From IMG/VR virus record IMGVR_UViG_3300010355_000898, positions 205,548 to 269,547 of that record: DNA of 64,000 nucleotides; one strand, given 5' to 3'. Positions 1-8,655 of the stretch are shown in pieces (position 1 is the first letter of the stretch; the number at the start of each line of letters is the position of its first letter). Under the pieces are notes generated by a model. The model was not told where the DNA came from and searched no databases. It saw only the letters and a program-made list of their open reading frames with translations. This DNA comes from a virus. Its lineage: Duplodnaviria > Caudoviricetes. The position numbers and the translations under genes were made by a program.

Positions 1-328
1 TATTCATTGATAACAAAACTTGATTTGGTAATGGGTATGCAGTTGCAGTCCATTCACTACCATCAATGTATGCTACCTTTTCCCATGCATTTATATTGTT
101 CAAAAGATTGTATTTTGGTGGTGAATTATCTCGAACTTTTCCAAAAAAAGCAAAAATGTAATCACAATCTTTTGCATATTGAATAAATTCATAATCATTC
201 AAATTCTGTACACAACCATTACCAGAATTTGAAACCTCAAATTGTATATTAGCACTCTTTAAGCCAGACAATACAGTTGAAACAAGATAATCATGTTTCC
301 TATCTGGCGTTATGCAAGCTATTCTCAT
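1..328 (-). CDS. Putative glycosyltransferase-related protein (N-terminal part; runs off window)
   Basis: Hand-translated MRIACITPDRKHDYLVSTVLSGL...YIDGSEW; ATGA overlap with the upstream GT gene; function inferred from operon context. Confidence 0.5.
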   Translation of the reverse strand, partial: MRIACITPDRKHDYLVSTVLSGLKSANIQFEVSNSGNGCVQNLNDYEFIQYAKDCDYIFAFFGKVRDNSPPKYNLLNNINAWEKVAYIDGSEWTATAYPLPNQVLLSMN

Positions 329-1245
329 AATGCATCAATTATATTCATGAATTCATTACAACATTTTTCAATGTCAAGATTTCTGTAAATGATCTTTTTT
401 CTGTATTTGTCAATATCATTTGACATGATCTTCAGTTTTTGAATGAAATCATCAAAATCTTGATACATTTCACCATGATGTTTACATACGTCTACGATTG
501 CACCACCATCTCTGTGATAGAGAACTGGTAATCCACAACTTGCACCCTCTATATGATGCATTCCACAAGGCTCATATCTTGATGCTGTCACATATATGTC
601 ACATTTTTGCAATTCTTTTCCAAGATTTTCACCATAAAGTGGCTCAATTAACTTTGTTGATTTTGGACGATATTGAGAATTATATCTTCCAATGTATGTG
701 AATTCAAACTGATTGTTATCAGTAACAAATTGATCAATCTGATTATAGATGTCAAATCCTTTCATCCAATTGTCAGACCAATGATGTGTAACCAATCTAA
801 TCTTTTCATTATTGTGTTCAATTGGTTTGAATATTGACTGATCACAACCATTATAGATGACATGTGATTTCTTGTTGTATCCAAGTTTTATGAAATATTG
901 TTGTAACCATTCACTGATGAAAACAACTTCATCAGATACATTCATTGATTTCATAACAACATTGTCAATATCGTTGGTGCCTTTTCTTGCGTCACATTCA
1001 TTGACTCTGTACAATATTTTTGTTCTTGGATTTTTTAGTTTGTAATCATAAATTTCATTGATTGATAATGAACCATCACCATCATATCTTGGATCAATCA
1101 TAAAGATAACATCAATGTCATTTTCAAAATGATGCACAACTTTGTGACCATGTTGAATCAAAAAATCAACCATCGCAGTCAAAAATTGTGATCCACCACC
1201 CCAAGGTGTTTTGCGAACATTTCTGTTGAAATATATCTTTTTCAT
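325..1245 (-). CDS. GT-B (family 4-like) glycosyltransferase
   Basis: GGG N-terminal loop, VIYNG, EPCGMHHIEGASCGLPV (E-x7-E) motif; start placed at the ATGA overlap at 1245. Confidence 0.85.
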   Translation of the reverse strand: MKKIYFNRNVRKTPWGGGSQFLTAMVDFLIQHGHKVVHHFENDIDVIFMIDPRYDGDGSLSINEIYDYKLKNPRTKILYRVNECDARKGTNDIDNVVMKSMNVSDEVVFISEWLQQYFIKLGYNKKSHVIYNGCDQSIFKPIEHNNEKIRLVTHHWSDNWMKGFDIYNQIDQFVTDNNQFEFTYIGRYNSQYRPKSTKLIEPLYGENLGKELQKCDIYVTASRYEPCGMHHIEGASCGLPVLYHRDGGAIVDVCKHHGEMYQDFDDFIQKLKIMSNDIDKYRKKIIYRNLDIEKCCNEFMNIIDAL

Positions 1246-1988
1246 ACAAAATTTTCCCATGGAGCACCATTTGCAACATAACCACGATTTCTTATGAAAT
1301 CGGCTTCCATTTTTTGGAATTTTGCATCATCAGTTTGAAACGTTTCTGGTTTCACGTCAATTGTGTAATGATACATTACCCTTGGTATGAAAACATTTTT
1401 TCTTGATTGATGAAGAACCGGAAGATAGAGGGCCTGATCTCCACAACGTTTTACTGGATCACCGTTGTGATTTGAGAAATTTTCCCATGGAATATTTGTA
1501 AGCAATTGTTTTCTGAATGTTTTGAGATGACTTGTTACCCATGGTTGAACATATACACTAATTCCCTCTTTTAGAGGAGCAGATATGTTGAAATCTGACA
1601 TGTCCCAACGATGTTTTGACCAAGCACAATCACATCCAGTTTGTTCATAACATGCATTAAATTGATACAATGCATCCAAATCACAAAGATAATCATCAGC
1701 ATCAATTCTGCAAATGATATCATCATCATTACACTGTTTAATACCATTCAGAACATTAACAGTTTCCCATTTCTTTTTGTCATTCCAAACTGTTATGATT
1801 TTGTGTTCATAACAGTTGAACTGTTTCAAAATTTCAATACATTTTTGTTTATGTTCTGCATCAGAAACATCATCAATCAGTACTAACTGCCAATTTTCAT
1901 ATGATTGACCAGCTAAACTGTGTAACATTCTTGCAAGTGTTTTGCTTGCATTATACATTGGTGCAATGAAAACAAATCGATTATTCAT
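1242..1988 (-). CDS. GT-A (family 2) glycosyltransferase
   Basis: FIAPMYN, LIDDVSD and IDADD (DxD) motifs. Confidence 0.9.
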   Translation of the reverse strand: MNNRFVFIAPMYNASKTLARMLHSLAGQSYENWQLVLIDDVSDAEHKQKCIEILKQFNCYEHKIITVWNDKKKWETVNVLNGIKQCNDDDIICRIDADDYLCDLDALYQFNACYEQTGCDCAWSKHRWDMSDFNISAPLKEGISVYVQPWVTSHLKTFRKQLLTNIPWENFSNHNGDPVKRCGDQALYLPVLHQSRKNVFIPRVMYHYTIDVKPETFQTDDAKFQKMEADFIRNRGYVANGAPWENFV

Positions 1989-3906
1989 GATTAGTCCAAG
2001 AATTCATAATTTTGGGTTCAGATTCACTGATTGTAATCCAAGGAGTTGGACGATTAAAATCAATCCTTGTGTGAAAAATCCAACCACCAAGATCATTTTT
2101 CATTCTTGTGGCCAATTTTTCAATTTCATCATCTGTAACTTCTGACCAAGATTTTTCGAAAAACATATTATTTTCTGGTATGTCAGTTTGAACTTTGTTG
2201 AAGAGTGACATCCAATGTTTTGACCAATAATTTTTGTATGTGTGTATTTTTCGCTCAATATTGAACCATGAATAATGATAAATGCTTGGAACATTTTTGA
2301 TCAAATTTTTTGCCCAATTTTCATATATTTTCAATGCTGATGCATTTCCATTCAATGCATCAAGACGAATTTTTTCAACATCTTGATGATAGAATGTTGC
2401 AAATGGAACGCTTTCAAATGTGTCACAGAAAATGTAATCACATCCATCAGATCCCAAAGAATAGAGCTCGCCATTTTCATCATATGCTCTGTGATTTTTT
2501 GGTATGCCATGTGTAATATTTGACACATTTCTTGACAATCTCCATTTCCATGGATTTACATCAACTCTAACCTTTTCATGACCACCCCAATATTCAATCA
2601 CTGGCAATGCAATGAGATCACATTGTTCTGGGAAGTTTTTTGCAATATTTCTGATCTTTTCATAATCATGTTCATTAACAACTTCATCAATATCCTGCTG
2701 CCAACAATATTTCCCTTTACACTGTTCTCTTGCATACGCTTTCTGTTGACCATCAAACAATGCAAATCTTTTATCATTCCAATCCCTTTTTAGTTGTTTC
2801 AATATCAATTTTGGTTCTTCAACTGACCATTTTTGCAATTCTTCCCATGTACCATCAGTTGAACCACCATCAATGACAACAACTTCATCACAAAATCCCA
2901 ATAGTGAAATTATTGATTGTCGCCAAGGATATTTTTGTTCAATACAATTTCTTGTTTGAGTATATCCTGACAAAAGAATGTCATTTTTTGCATCATTAAC
3001 AGAATTCCAAAACACATTTTTTGCATTTGTAAGATGTTCAATCATGTCATGATTTTCACCATTGAACCATTGTTCATTTTTATGTTGAACATGATCATTG
3101 ATGATCAGTTTACAATTGAGCATTTTTGCTTCAATTACCATTCTTGGACATGTGTCACCACCATTTGGCAAATAAACAAATCCTTCTGCTGATGCAATTT
3201 TTTTCAATGTTTCATCATATGAAAGACCCCAAATTATTTCTGGATTTATGTTTTTTGATCTGCACCAATTGAGTGCATTTTCATATCCTTTGACCCAAGA
3301 TTGTGATCCAAGTACAATCCACCCAGATTTTTTTTCATTCTGTAATTCAAGTTTCAGTTTACTGATTGAATTCAGAGTATCATCTGAAAATACACTTGAC
3401 AGAATGATGTTTTTTGTATTTGAAAGATATGAAAATCTTGTATGATATATGTTCTTTTGTGTTTCAGACATCCAAAACAGAATCTTTGCACCCTTATACA
3501 GTGATGCAATCATTTTTCCATGTTCTGAATTGTGACAATTGCATGGAACATGCTCTAAAAACATATGCTTTTCAATTGATCTGTGTACACAAAACTTGTA
3601 ATCATATTCAATGACACAATAGTTGAGCATGCTGATAATGCTGGGGATTAGGTTATTGTTCATTGTTGAACAATTGCAGAAGATCCAAAATTTGTCCCTA
3701 TTCTGCTCTATGATCTTTTTTGTGAGATTTTTTGCTTTCAATCTTGTGACTGAACTTGAACTTTTGGCGCTCTGTATGAGCGCCTCTGTGGTCAATTCTG
3801 CACCACCAGAATATTCATCTGCAAAAAGATCAGCAACAAAAATATATTCAGCTTCCTGTGGAATCTGTTCCATGACATCAAATAATGATTTTGAAAAATC
3901 AAACAT
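1981..3906 (-). CDS. Fused GT-B-like + GT2 glycosyltransferase
   Basis: N-half has GGAE and DTCPRMVIEAKMLNC; C-half has VVIDGGSTDGT and QDIDE. Confidence 0.8.
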   Translation of the reverse strand: MFDFSKSLFDVMEQIPQEAEYIFVADLFADEYSGGAELTTEALIQSAKSSSSVTRLKAKNLTKKIIEQNRDKFWIFCNCSTMNNNLIPSIISMLNYCVIEYDYKFCVHRSIEKHMFLEHVPCNCHNSEHGKMIASLYKGAKILFWMSETQKNIYHTRFSYLSNTKNIILSSVFSDDTLNSISKLKLELQNEKKSGWIVLGSQSWVKGYENALNWCRSKNINPEIIWGLSYDETLKKIASAEGFVYLPNGGDTCPRMVIEAKMLNCKLIINDHVQHKNEQWFNGENHDMIEHLTNAKNVFWNSVNDAKNDILLSGYTQTRNCIEQKYPWRQSIISLLGFCDEVVVIDGGSTDGTWEELQKWSVEEPKLILKQLKRDWNDKRFALFDGQQKAYAREQCKGKYCWQQDIDEVVNEHDYEKIRNIAKNFPEQCDLIALPVIEYWGGHEKVRVDVNPWKWRLSRNVSNITHGIPKNHRAYDENGELYSLGSDGCDYIFCDTFESVPFATFYHQDVEKIRLDALNGNASALKIYENWAKNLIKNVPSIYHYSWFNIERKIHTYKNYWSKHWMSLFNKVQTDIPENNMFFEKSWSEVTDDEIEKLATRMKNDLGGWIFHTRIDFNRPTPWITISESEPKIMNSWTNHE

Positions 3907-3942
3907 AGTATCATTGTACGATCAAATGATCAACTATGTACA
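3907..3942 (-). promoter_or_regulatory. sigma70-like promoter TGTACA-N18-TACAAT, 6 nt before ATG
   Basis: Minus strand reads tgtaca tagttgatcatttgatcg tacaat gatact ATG. Confidence 0.55.
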
Positions 3943-4003
3943 AAATAAATCACTAATGAAAAAAAGTTCCTTTACAAGTCATTTTGGGTTTGTAGATATC
4001 TAT

Positions 4004-4063
4004 TCAGTGGTCAGTGGTCAGTGGTCAGTGGTCAGTGGTCAGTGGTCAGTGGTCAGTGGTCAG
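4004..4063. repeat. Heptamer tandem repeat (TCAGTGG) x8 plus partial copy
   Basis: Counted directly; perfect copies 4004-4059. Confidence 0.97.
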
Positions 4064-4217
4064 AGATACTAGATCTAAAGATTACTAGAGATACTAGATC
4101 TAAAGATTACTAGAGATACTAGATCTAAAGATTACTAGAGATACTAGATCTAAAGATTACTAGAGATACTAGATCTAAAGATTACTAGAGATACTAGATC
4201 TAAAGATTACTAGAGAT
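4062..4217. repeat. 25-bp tandem repeat AGAGATACTAGATCTAAAGATTACT x6 plus partial copy
   Basis: Perfect copies at 4062, 4087, 4112, 4137, 4162 and 4187; no spacers. Confidence 0.97.
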
Positions 4218-4882
4218 CAGTCTCTATTGGATTTTACTGAGTACATGGTACCTGAGCCTGAATTTTTCTGTTCAGAACTTTTTAAAAGATCTTTGTCTAA
4301 TATCTCAACAATCCCCAGATATCCCATTAGGGATGATTTTCTGTTCTTGATTGAGAAAGATCTCAATCGAACGTTTACGTATCCAATTTCAGAATTGCCC
4401 ATTTTGCATTTTGTTTCAAAATCTCTGTGCTGCTCAATGGCTTCTTTCCACTCAGCATATACACGATCTCTGTCTCTGTCTGAGATTCCCATTACCCATC
4501 CATTACCATTCGCTTCATAGGGCATTAATCCTGTTAATTCACACATTTTTTTTGAAGCCCATGTTATTTCACCATCAACATTTGCTTCAAAATATCCAAT
4601 GTTCAGGTGTGCAATTATTGCACCCATTTTGCTGTCATTCAATGTTGCCTGAGCTTCAATACGTTCTATGAGATCTCTCAAAGAATTACCACCATTGGGT
4701 CGGAATTCTTTTGACATCATATCAAGAGTTCCAGCATATTCATCAAATTTTGCAACAAATAGCATCATTTTTTTTGCAAATTTGATTGCAGGTCTTATCA
4801 TATACTTCCATAAACCAGCAACTACAGTTCCTGCAGAAATCGCTATTGACAAATATAGAAGTATCAAATCCATTTGTTGCAT
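4217..4882 (-). CDS. Membrane-anchored PAS-domain protein
   Basis: N-terminal hydrophobic helix, PNGGNSLRD linker, PAS-like GYFEANVDGEITWAS...GNGWVMGISDRDRDRV..EWKEA; AGGA before ATG 4882 (start could be 4873). Confidence 0.75.
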   Translation of the reverse strand: MQQMDLILLYLSIAISAGTVVAGLWKYMIRPAIKFAKKMMLFVAKFDEYAGTLDMMSKEFRPNGGNSLRDLIERIEAQATLNDSKMGAIIAHLNIGYFEANVDGEITWASKKMCELTGLMPYEANGNGWVMGISDRDRDRVYAEWKEAIEQHRDFETKCKMGNSEIGYVNVRLRSFSIKNRKSSLMGYLGIVEILDKDLLKSSEQKNSGSGTMYSVKSNRD

Positions 4883-4923
4883 TATCCTGTACATAACTAT
4901 CACAAATTTGTAATTTGAATTGT

Positions 4924-6138
4924 ATGCATGCGAATGATGTCATTTTTGGTAAGGATTTGATTGATTGTGTCAAACAAGTTATTGAATACGTACATAGAAT
5001 GACATCAATTGATAAAAGTATATTCATTAATGAAAAATTGAATATTCAATCATCAATCAGTACAGCTGCAAAATTTAAGCCAAATCAATCACAACAAAAG
5101 AACATATATGATATCATAATGAATGCTGCAATCAGAGCAGAGATGATATCTCCTGGATCTTTTGAAAAGACACTCAATTTAATCGTCAATTCATACAGTG
5201 GTAACCAACATTTGAATGACAAAAAGAAAATTGGGGTCAATCTGGATGGTAAGAATGATATGTTGGTGAGGCACCAATCAACCACTGATTGGGAAACTGT
5301 TGTCAATAGATTTATTGCAACGTTGGGATCTGATTTTGACATGTTTATGGATGCAATCAAACTTGCAGGATTTGCAGGAAAAATTCAGATTGAAAAATCT
5401 GTCAATGAATATGATATCATTCATAAACGTTCAGGTTTCAATTTCAGTCTTCAAACGTTTGGAAACATTAAACGTTTACTTAACACAAAAATTGTGATCA
5501 TTGATGGTTTGATTGAGAACGTATCAGAAGTTCACAATATGTTGTCTGTTTGTGCTGAAACAAAATGTCCATTAACAATTGTTGCAAGAGGATACAGTGA
5601 TGATGTTTTGAACACAATCAATGTTAACAATTTGAGAGGATCATTTCAGGTATTGCCATTGGCTGCAAAATTTGATATTGCAACTGCAAACACATTGGTT
5701 GACATTGCAGTCATTTCAAAAAGTGATATCATTTCATCATTGAAAGGTGAGTTGATTTCAACTGTCAAATTTGATACGCTGAAATATGTTGATGAGATCA
5801 ATGTGAATGGTGACATTGTTACAATGAAAAATTGTGTTGACGTCACAACACATATCAAACAATTGCAAAAAAAGAGGGAAGAAGTTGATGAAAGTGTTCA
5901 ATATGTGTATGATGACAGAATAAAATCATTGTCACAAAATCTTGTCATATTGAAATTGAAAAATGACATCAACTTTGTGAATAGAGCACAAAAATTTGAC
6001 GTTGCAATCAGAACACTGCAATCATACATAAAATTTGGAATTTATGAAGATGAATTGGCTGCAACCCAATATGCTTCTGAAGTGTATTCAAGATCATGTT
6101 TAAGGATGATTAACAGTTTGGGTGCAATCATTTCATAA
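4924..6138 (+). CDS. Divergent GroEL/Cpn60-like chaperonin lacking ATP-binding motifs
   Basis: Apical-domain-like GFAGKIQIEKS, PLTIVARGYSDDVLNTINVNNLRG, LVDIAVI, DRIKSL; no GDGTT or TNDG. Confidence 0.65.
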   Translation: MHANDVIFGKDLIDCVKQVIEYVHRMTSIDKSIFINEKLNIQSSISTAAKFKPNQSQQKNIYDIIMNAAIRAEMISPGSFEKTLNLIVNSYSGNQHLNDKKKIGVNLDGKNDMLVRHQSTTDWETVVNRFIATLGSDFDMFMDAIKLAGFAGKIQIEKSVNEYDIIHKRSGFNFSLQTFGNIKRLLNTKIVIIDGLIENVSEVHNMLSVCAETKCPLTIVARGYSDDVLNTINVNNLRGSFQVLPLAAKFDIATANTLVDIAVISKSDIISSLKGELISTVKFDTLKYVDEINVNGDIVTMKNCVDVTTHIKQLQKKREEVDESVQYVYDDRIKSLSQNLVILKLKNDINFVNRAQKFDVAIRTLQSYIKFGIYEDELAATQYASEVYSRSCLRMINSLGAIIS

Positions 6139-7051
6139 CTGATTTTAAGTCTTCTGGCGTTATTTTACCATTTGCAATCATTTGCACTAATGATTTTGCA
6201 CTTCTTGGCATTTTTTCAATATTTGCCATCAATTTACCCTTGTCAACATCAGACAATTTTGATGTATTCTGTTGAATTGTGCCATTTGTTTGTGCTGTTT
6301 GTTGCCTTTTTTGCAAAATTTCTTGGCTATTTTTGAATGTATTGACAACTGAATACAAATCTTCAATTGGTTTTCCCATTAATTCTTTCACATGCGCATC
6401 AAGTTTTTGTTCATCAAATATGCCCTTGAATACGCTGAGAATATTTTTGAGATCAGCACTGAAAGCTTTTTTCAATAGTAACGCAACCCTTTGACTATTT
6501 TTTCCACAAGCAACTGCAATTGGTAACTGTTTTGCAATAACTTTACTCATGTTTGGATTTTGTATGTTATATTTGATGATCTTGAAATCATTTGCAATCT
6601 TCAATATATGTTTTTTGTCAAGTTTTCCAGATTTGATCATATTTTGTAAACTTTCAGCATCATATTGACTAAAATTTTCAACAACTTTTACTGACTGTTT
6701 ATATCCTCTTTCAAGAAATAGACCAAAATTTACAACACTGTCACTTACAGATTTTCCAATCATTTGTCTTGCAAAACTTTTCAAAACATTTGAGTCTGCA
6801 ACATGTGATATGACATCATCAATTGCTGTTGCAACAACTTCTGTACACCCAGGCTGTTTTTTTACAACATCAAGAATTCTTTTTGCTGAATTGATTTTAT
6901 CAAGATCGTTCTGATTCAATTGAAATCTGAATGCGTCCTTTACCCTATCACCAATTCCAGCTTCATTCAATATCACATTTGAAGCTTCAGTTATTCTTTC
7001 AAGTGCTTCAGGATGTTTTTTGATTGTGTACAGTGTTTTTAGAGAACTCAT
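6128..7051 (-). CDS. Hypothetical protein, possible internal head protein
   Basis: 307-aa ORF; late-type motif upstream; ITE/LNE putative maturation sites near the N-terminus. Confidence 0.5.
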   Translation of the reverse strand: MSSLKTLYTIKKHPEALERITEASNVILNEAGIGDRVKDAFRFQLNQNDLDKINSAKRILDVVKKQPGCTEVVATAIDDVISHVADSNVLKSFARQMIGKSVSDSVVNFGLFLERGYKQSVKVVENFSQYDAESLQNMIKSGKLDKKHILKIANDFKIIKYNIQNPNMSKVIAKQLPIAVACGKNSQRVALLLKKAFSADLKNILSVFKGIFDEQKLDAHVKELMGKPIEDLYSVVNTFKNSQEILQKRQQTAQTNGTIQQNTSKLSDVDKGKLMANIEKMPRSAKSLVQMIANGKITPEDLKSVMK

Positions 7052-7055
7052 AACG

Positions 7056-7063
7056 TTAAATAT
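7056..7063 (-). promoter_or_regulatory. Putative late promoter ATATTTAA
   Basis: Same motif as upstream of structural genes; 4 nt before ATG. Confidence 0.5.
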
Positions 7064-7073
7064 TCATTTACAA

Positions 7074-7102
7074 TTTACATAAGAACATTTCAGTTCTATA
7101 AT
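7074..7102 (+). promoter_or_regulatory. sigma70-like promoter TTTACA-N17-TATAAT, 7 nt before ATG
   Basis: Direct reading; no Shine-Dalgarno between -10 and start. Confidence 0.65.
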
Positions 7103-7109
7103 CATCAAT

Positions 7110-7319
7110 ATGAATAAGAATGAAAAAATTAAGGAATTGTGGAATGTTTTTCTTTTCACAAAGGAATTGACGTCAAAAAATTTGACTGAAGCTGTTTCAA
7201 CCGGTAAACTGAAAGTTGATCCACAAACTCTTCAAACAATTATTGGTCTTGTTTCTTCAACTATCGATCAAGGATACAATAAAACATACCAGAAGACAGT
7301 CAAACTCTTTGATGAATAA
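7110..7319 (+). CDS. Hypothetical protein
   Basis: First ORF after a promoter, co-oriented operon. Confidence 0.6.
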   Translation: MNKNEKIKELWNVFLFTKELTSKNLTEAVSTGKLKVDPQTLQTIIGLVSSTIDQGYNKTYQKTVKLFDE

Positions 7320-7327
7320 ATTGTTGT

Positions 7328-7789
7328 ATGTTGACAGCACAAAAACATCTGATAAAATGTAAGTGTATACTTCCACAATTTAGAAAACAAAAAAATCCAC
7401 CAAATCATCAATTTACTGTTATGTCAATATTGGAAGATGATGTTGTTAAACAAAAATTTGTGCAGTGTACAAATTGTGGTGTTATTCACAAAATTGTTGA
7501 CATTTGTAAATCAGAAATTATGAATGGTGTTGAGAATACGTCACTGATATCAATTGATGACATCAAAATGTCAATATCAGAAAAGTATTCAAAAATACTT
7601 GAAGCAAATTTTGCAGATCTTCCAACCTGGGAAATGGTTCAATTTATACTTGAGAATGAACAGTGGGGAAATTATGTGATCATTCAATCTGAAAAAATTG
7701 ATGATCAGAAACAGGGTAAATTATTGCGCATATTGGGTGAAAATCTTTGTAAGATTGAACCTTTTACAACTGGAGATGTTATCAAATGA
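7328..7789 (+). CDS. Putative Zn-ribbon protein
   Basis: CKC ... CTNCG motifs. Confidence 0.55.
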   Translation: MLTAQKHLIKCKCILPQFRKQKNPPNHQFTVMSILEDDVVKQKFVQCTNCGVIHKIVDICKSEIMNGVENTSLISIDDIKMSISEKYSKILEANFADLPTWEMVQFILENEQWGNYVIIQSEKIDDQKQGKLLRILGENLCKIEPFTTGDVIK

Positions 7790-8037
7790 ATGACACGTAT
7801 AATCAGTTACAGTCTGAAAAAATTGTTGAAGAGAATGAACAATGCAGATTGATTCTGAGCGAAATAAACAATTTTGGTATCTCTGACAGACAGAGACAGT
7901 ATTTGATTTATCTACTTGCACTTGAACTTGAAAATCATGATTGTTTAAGAATAATGATTGAAGCAACAAAGGAATGCAATCAATTGATTTGTGAACAACA
8001 AGGAAAAATATTTCTATTGCCTGAAGAGGAAAAATAA
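7786..8037 (+). CDS. Hypothetical protein
   Basis: ATGA and TAATG coupling to both neighbours. Confidence 0.6.
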   Translation: MNDTYNQLQSEKIVEENEQCRLILSEINNFGISDRQRQYLIYLLALELENHDCLRIMIEATKECNQLICEQQGKIFLLPEEEK

Positions 8038-8615
8038 TGGGAAGAATATCTGGTAATAAGTTTTCAATTGGATCATATGATGAGCCCGTAATTATGGGAT
8101 CAAATGATGGTGCAAGAATTGTCATGTTGCATGGTGATGTAACAGAATATTCAATCGCCGCAACAATAATGCAATTGATTGCATATGCAAATATGAACAA
8201 TAAAAAACCAATAACATTGGTCATATCAACATACGGTGGATCTGTTGATGAAATGTTCAGTTTATATGATGTGATAAAATTTCTACCATGCCCAGTTCAT
8301 ACACTTGCATTGGGTAAAGTCATGTCAGCCGGTGTTCTATTGTTGGCTTCTGGAAAAAAGGGTCACAGAACCATTGGCAGTAATGCCAGAATTATGATTC
8401 ATGCAATATCTGGGGGTGTTGGTGGTAATGTATTGGAAATTCTAAATCAGAGTGATGAGATCAAGAGAATGCAAGAACAGATGACAAAAACAATTCTTGC
8501 TGAAACAAAATTCACTGAAAAAGAATTGTCTGACATCATGAATAGTAAAGGTGATGTGTACATTACACCTGAACAAGCAGTCAAATTTGGTATTGTTGAT
8601 CAAATCATAAAATGA
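8037..8615 (+). CDS. clpP: ClpP-like protease
   Basis: ISTYGG, VMSAG (catalytic Ser), RIMIH (His), GDVY (Asp), AVKFGIVD. Confidence 0.9.
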   Translation: MGRISGNKFSIGSYDEPVIMGSNDGARIVMLHGDVTEYSIAATIMQLIAYANMNNKKPITLVISTYGGSVDEMFSLYDVIKFLPCPVHTLALGKVMSAGVLLLASGKKGHRTIGSNARIMIHAISGGVGGNVLEILNQSDEIKRMQEQMTKTILAETKFTEKELSDIMNSKGDVYITPEQAVKFGIVDQIIK

Positions 8616-8619
8616 TTTG

Positions 8620-8647
8620 TGTACATATGACAGATCGTATGTATGAT
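8620..8647 (+). promoter_or_regulatory. Promoter TGTACA-N16-TATGAT, 8 nt before ATG
   Basis: Direct reading of the intergenic gap. Confidence 0.55.
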
Positions 8648-8655
8648 GTTTCATC

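Noticed and set aside
3623-4072. 149-aa plus-strand ORF ending in SVVSGQW repeats
   Set aside because: Antisense to the GT gene; the peptide repeat is just the translated heptamer array
4062-4217. 25-bp repeats as a CRISPR array
   Set aside because: Copies are directly adjacent with no unique spacers, and no cas genes are present
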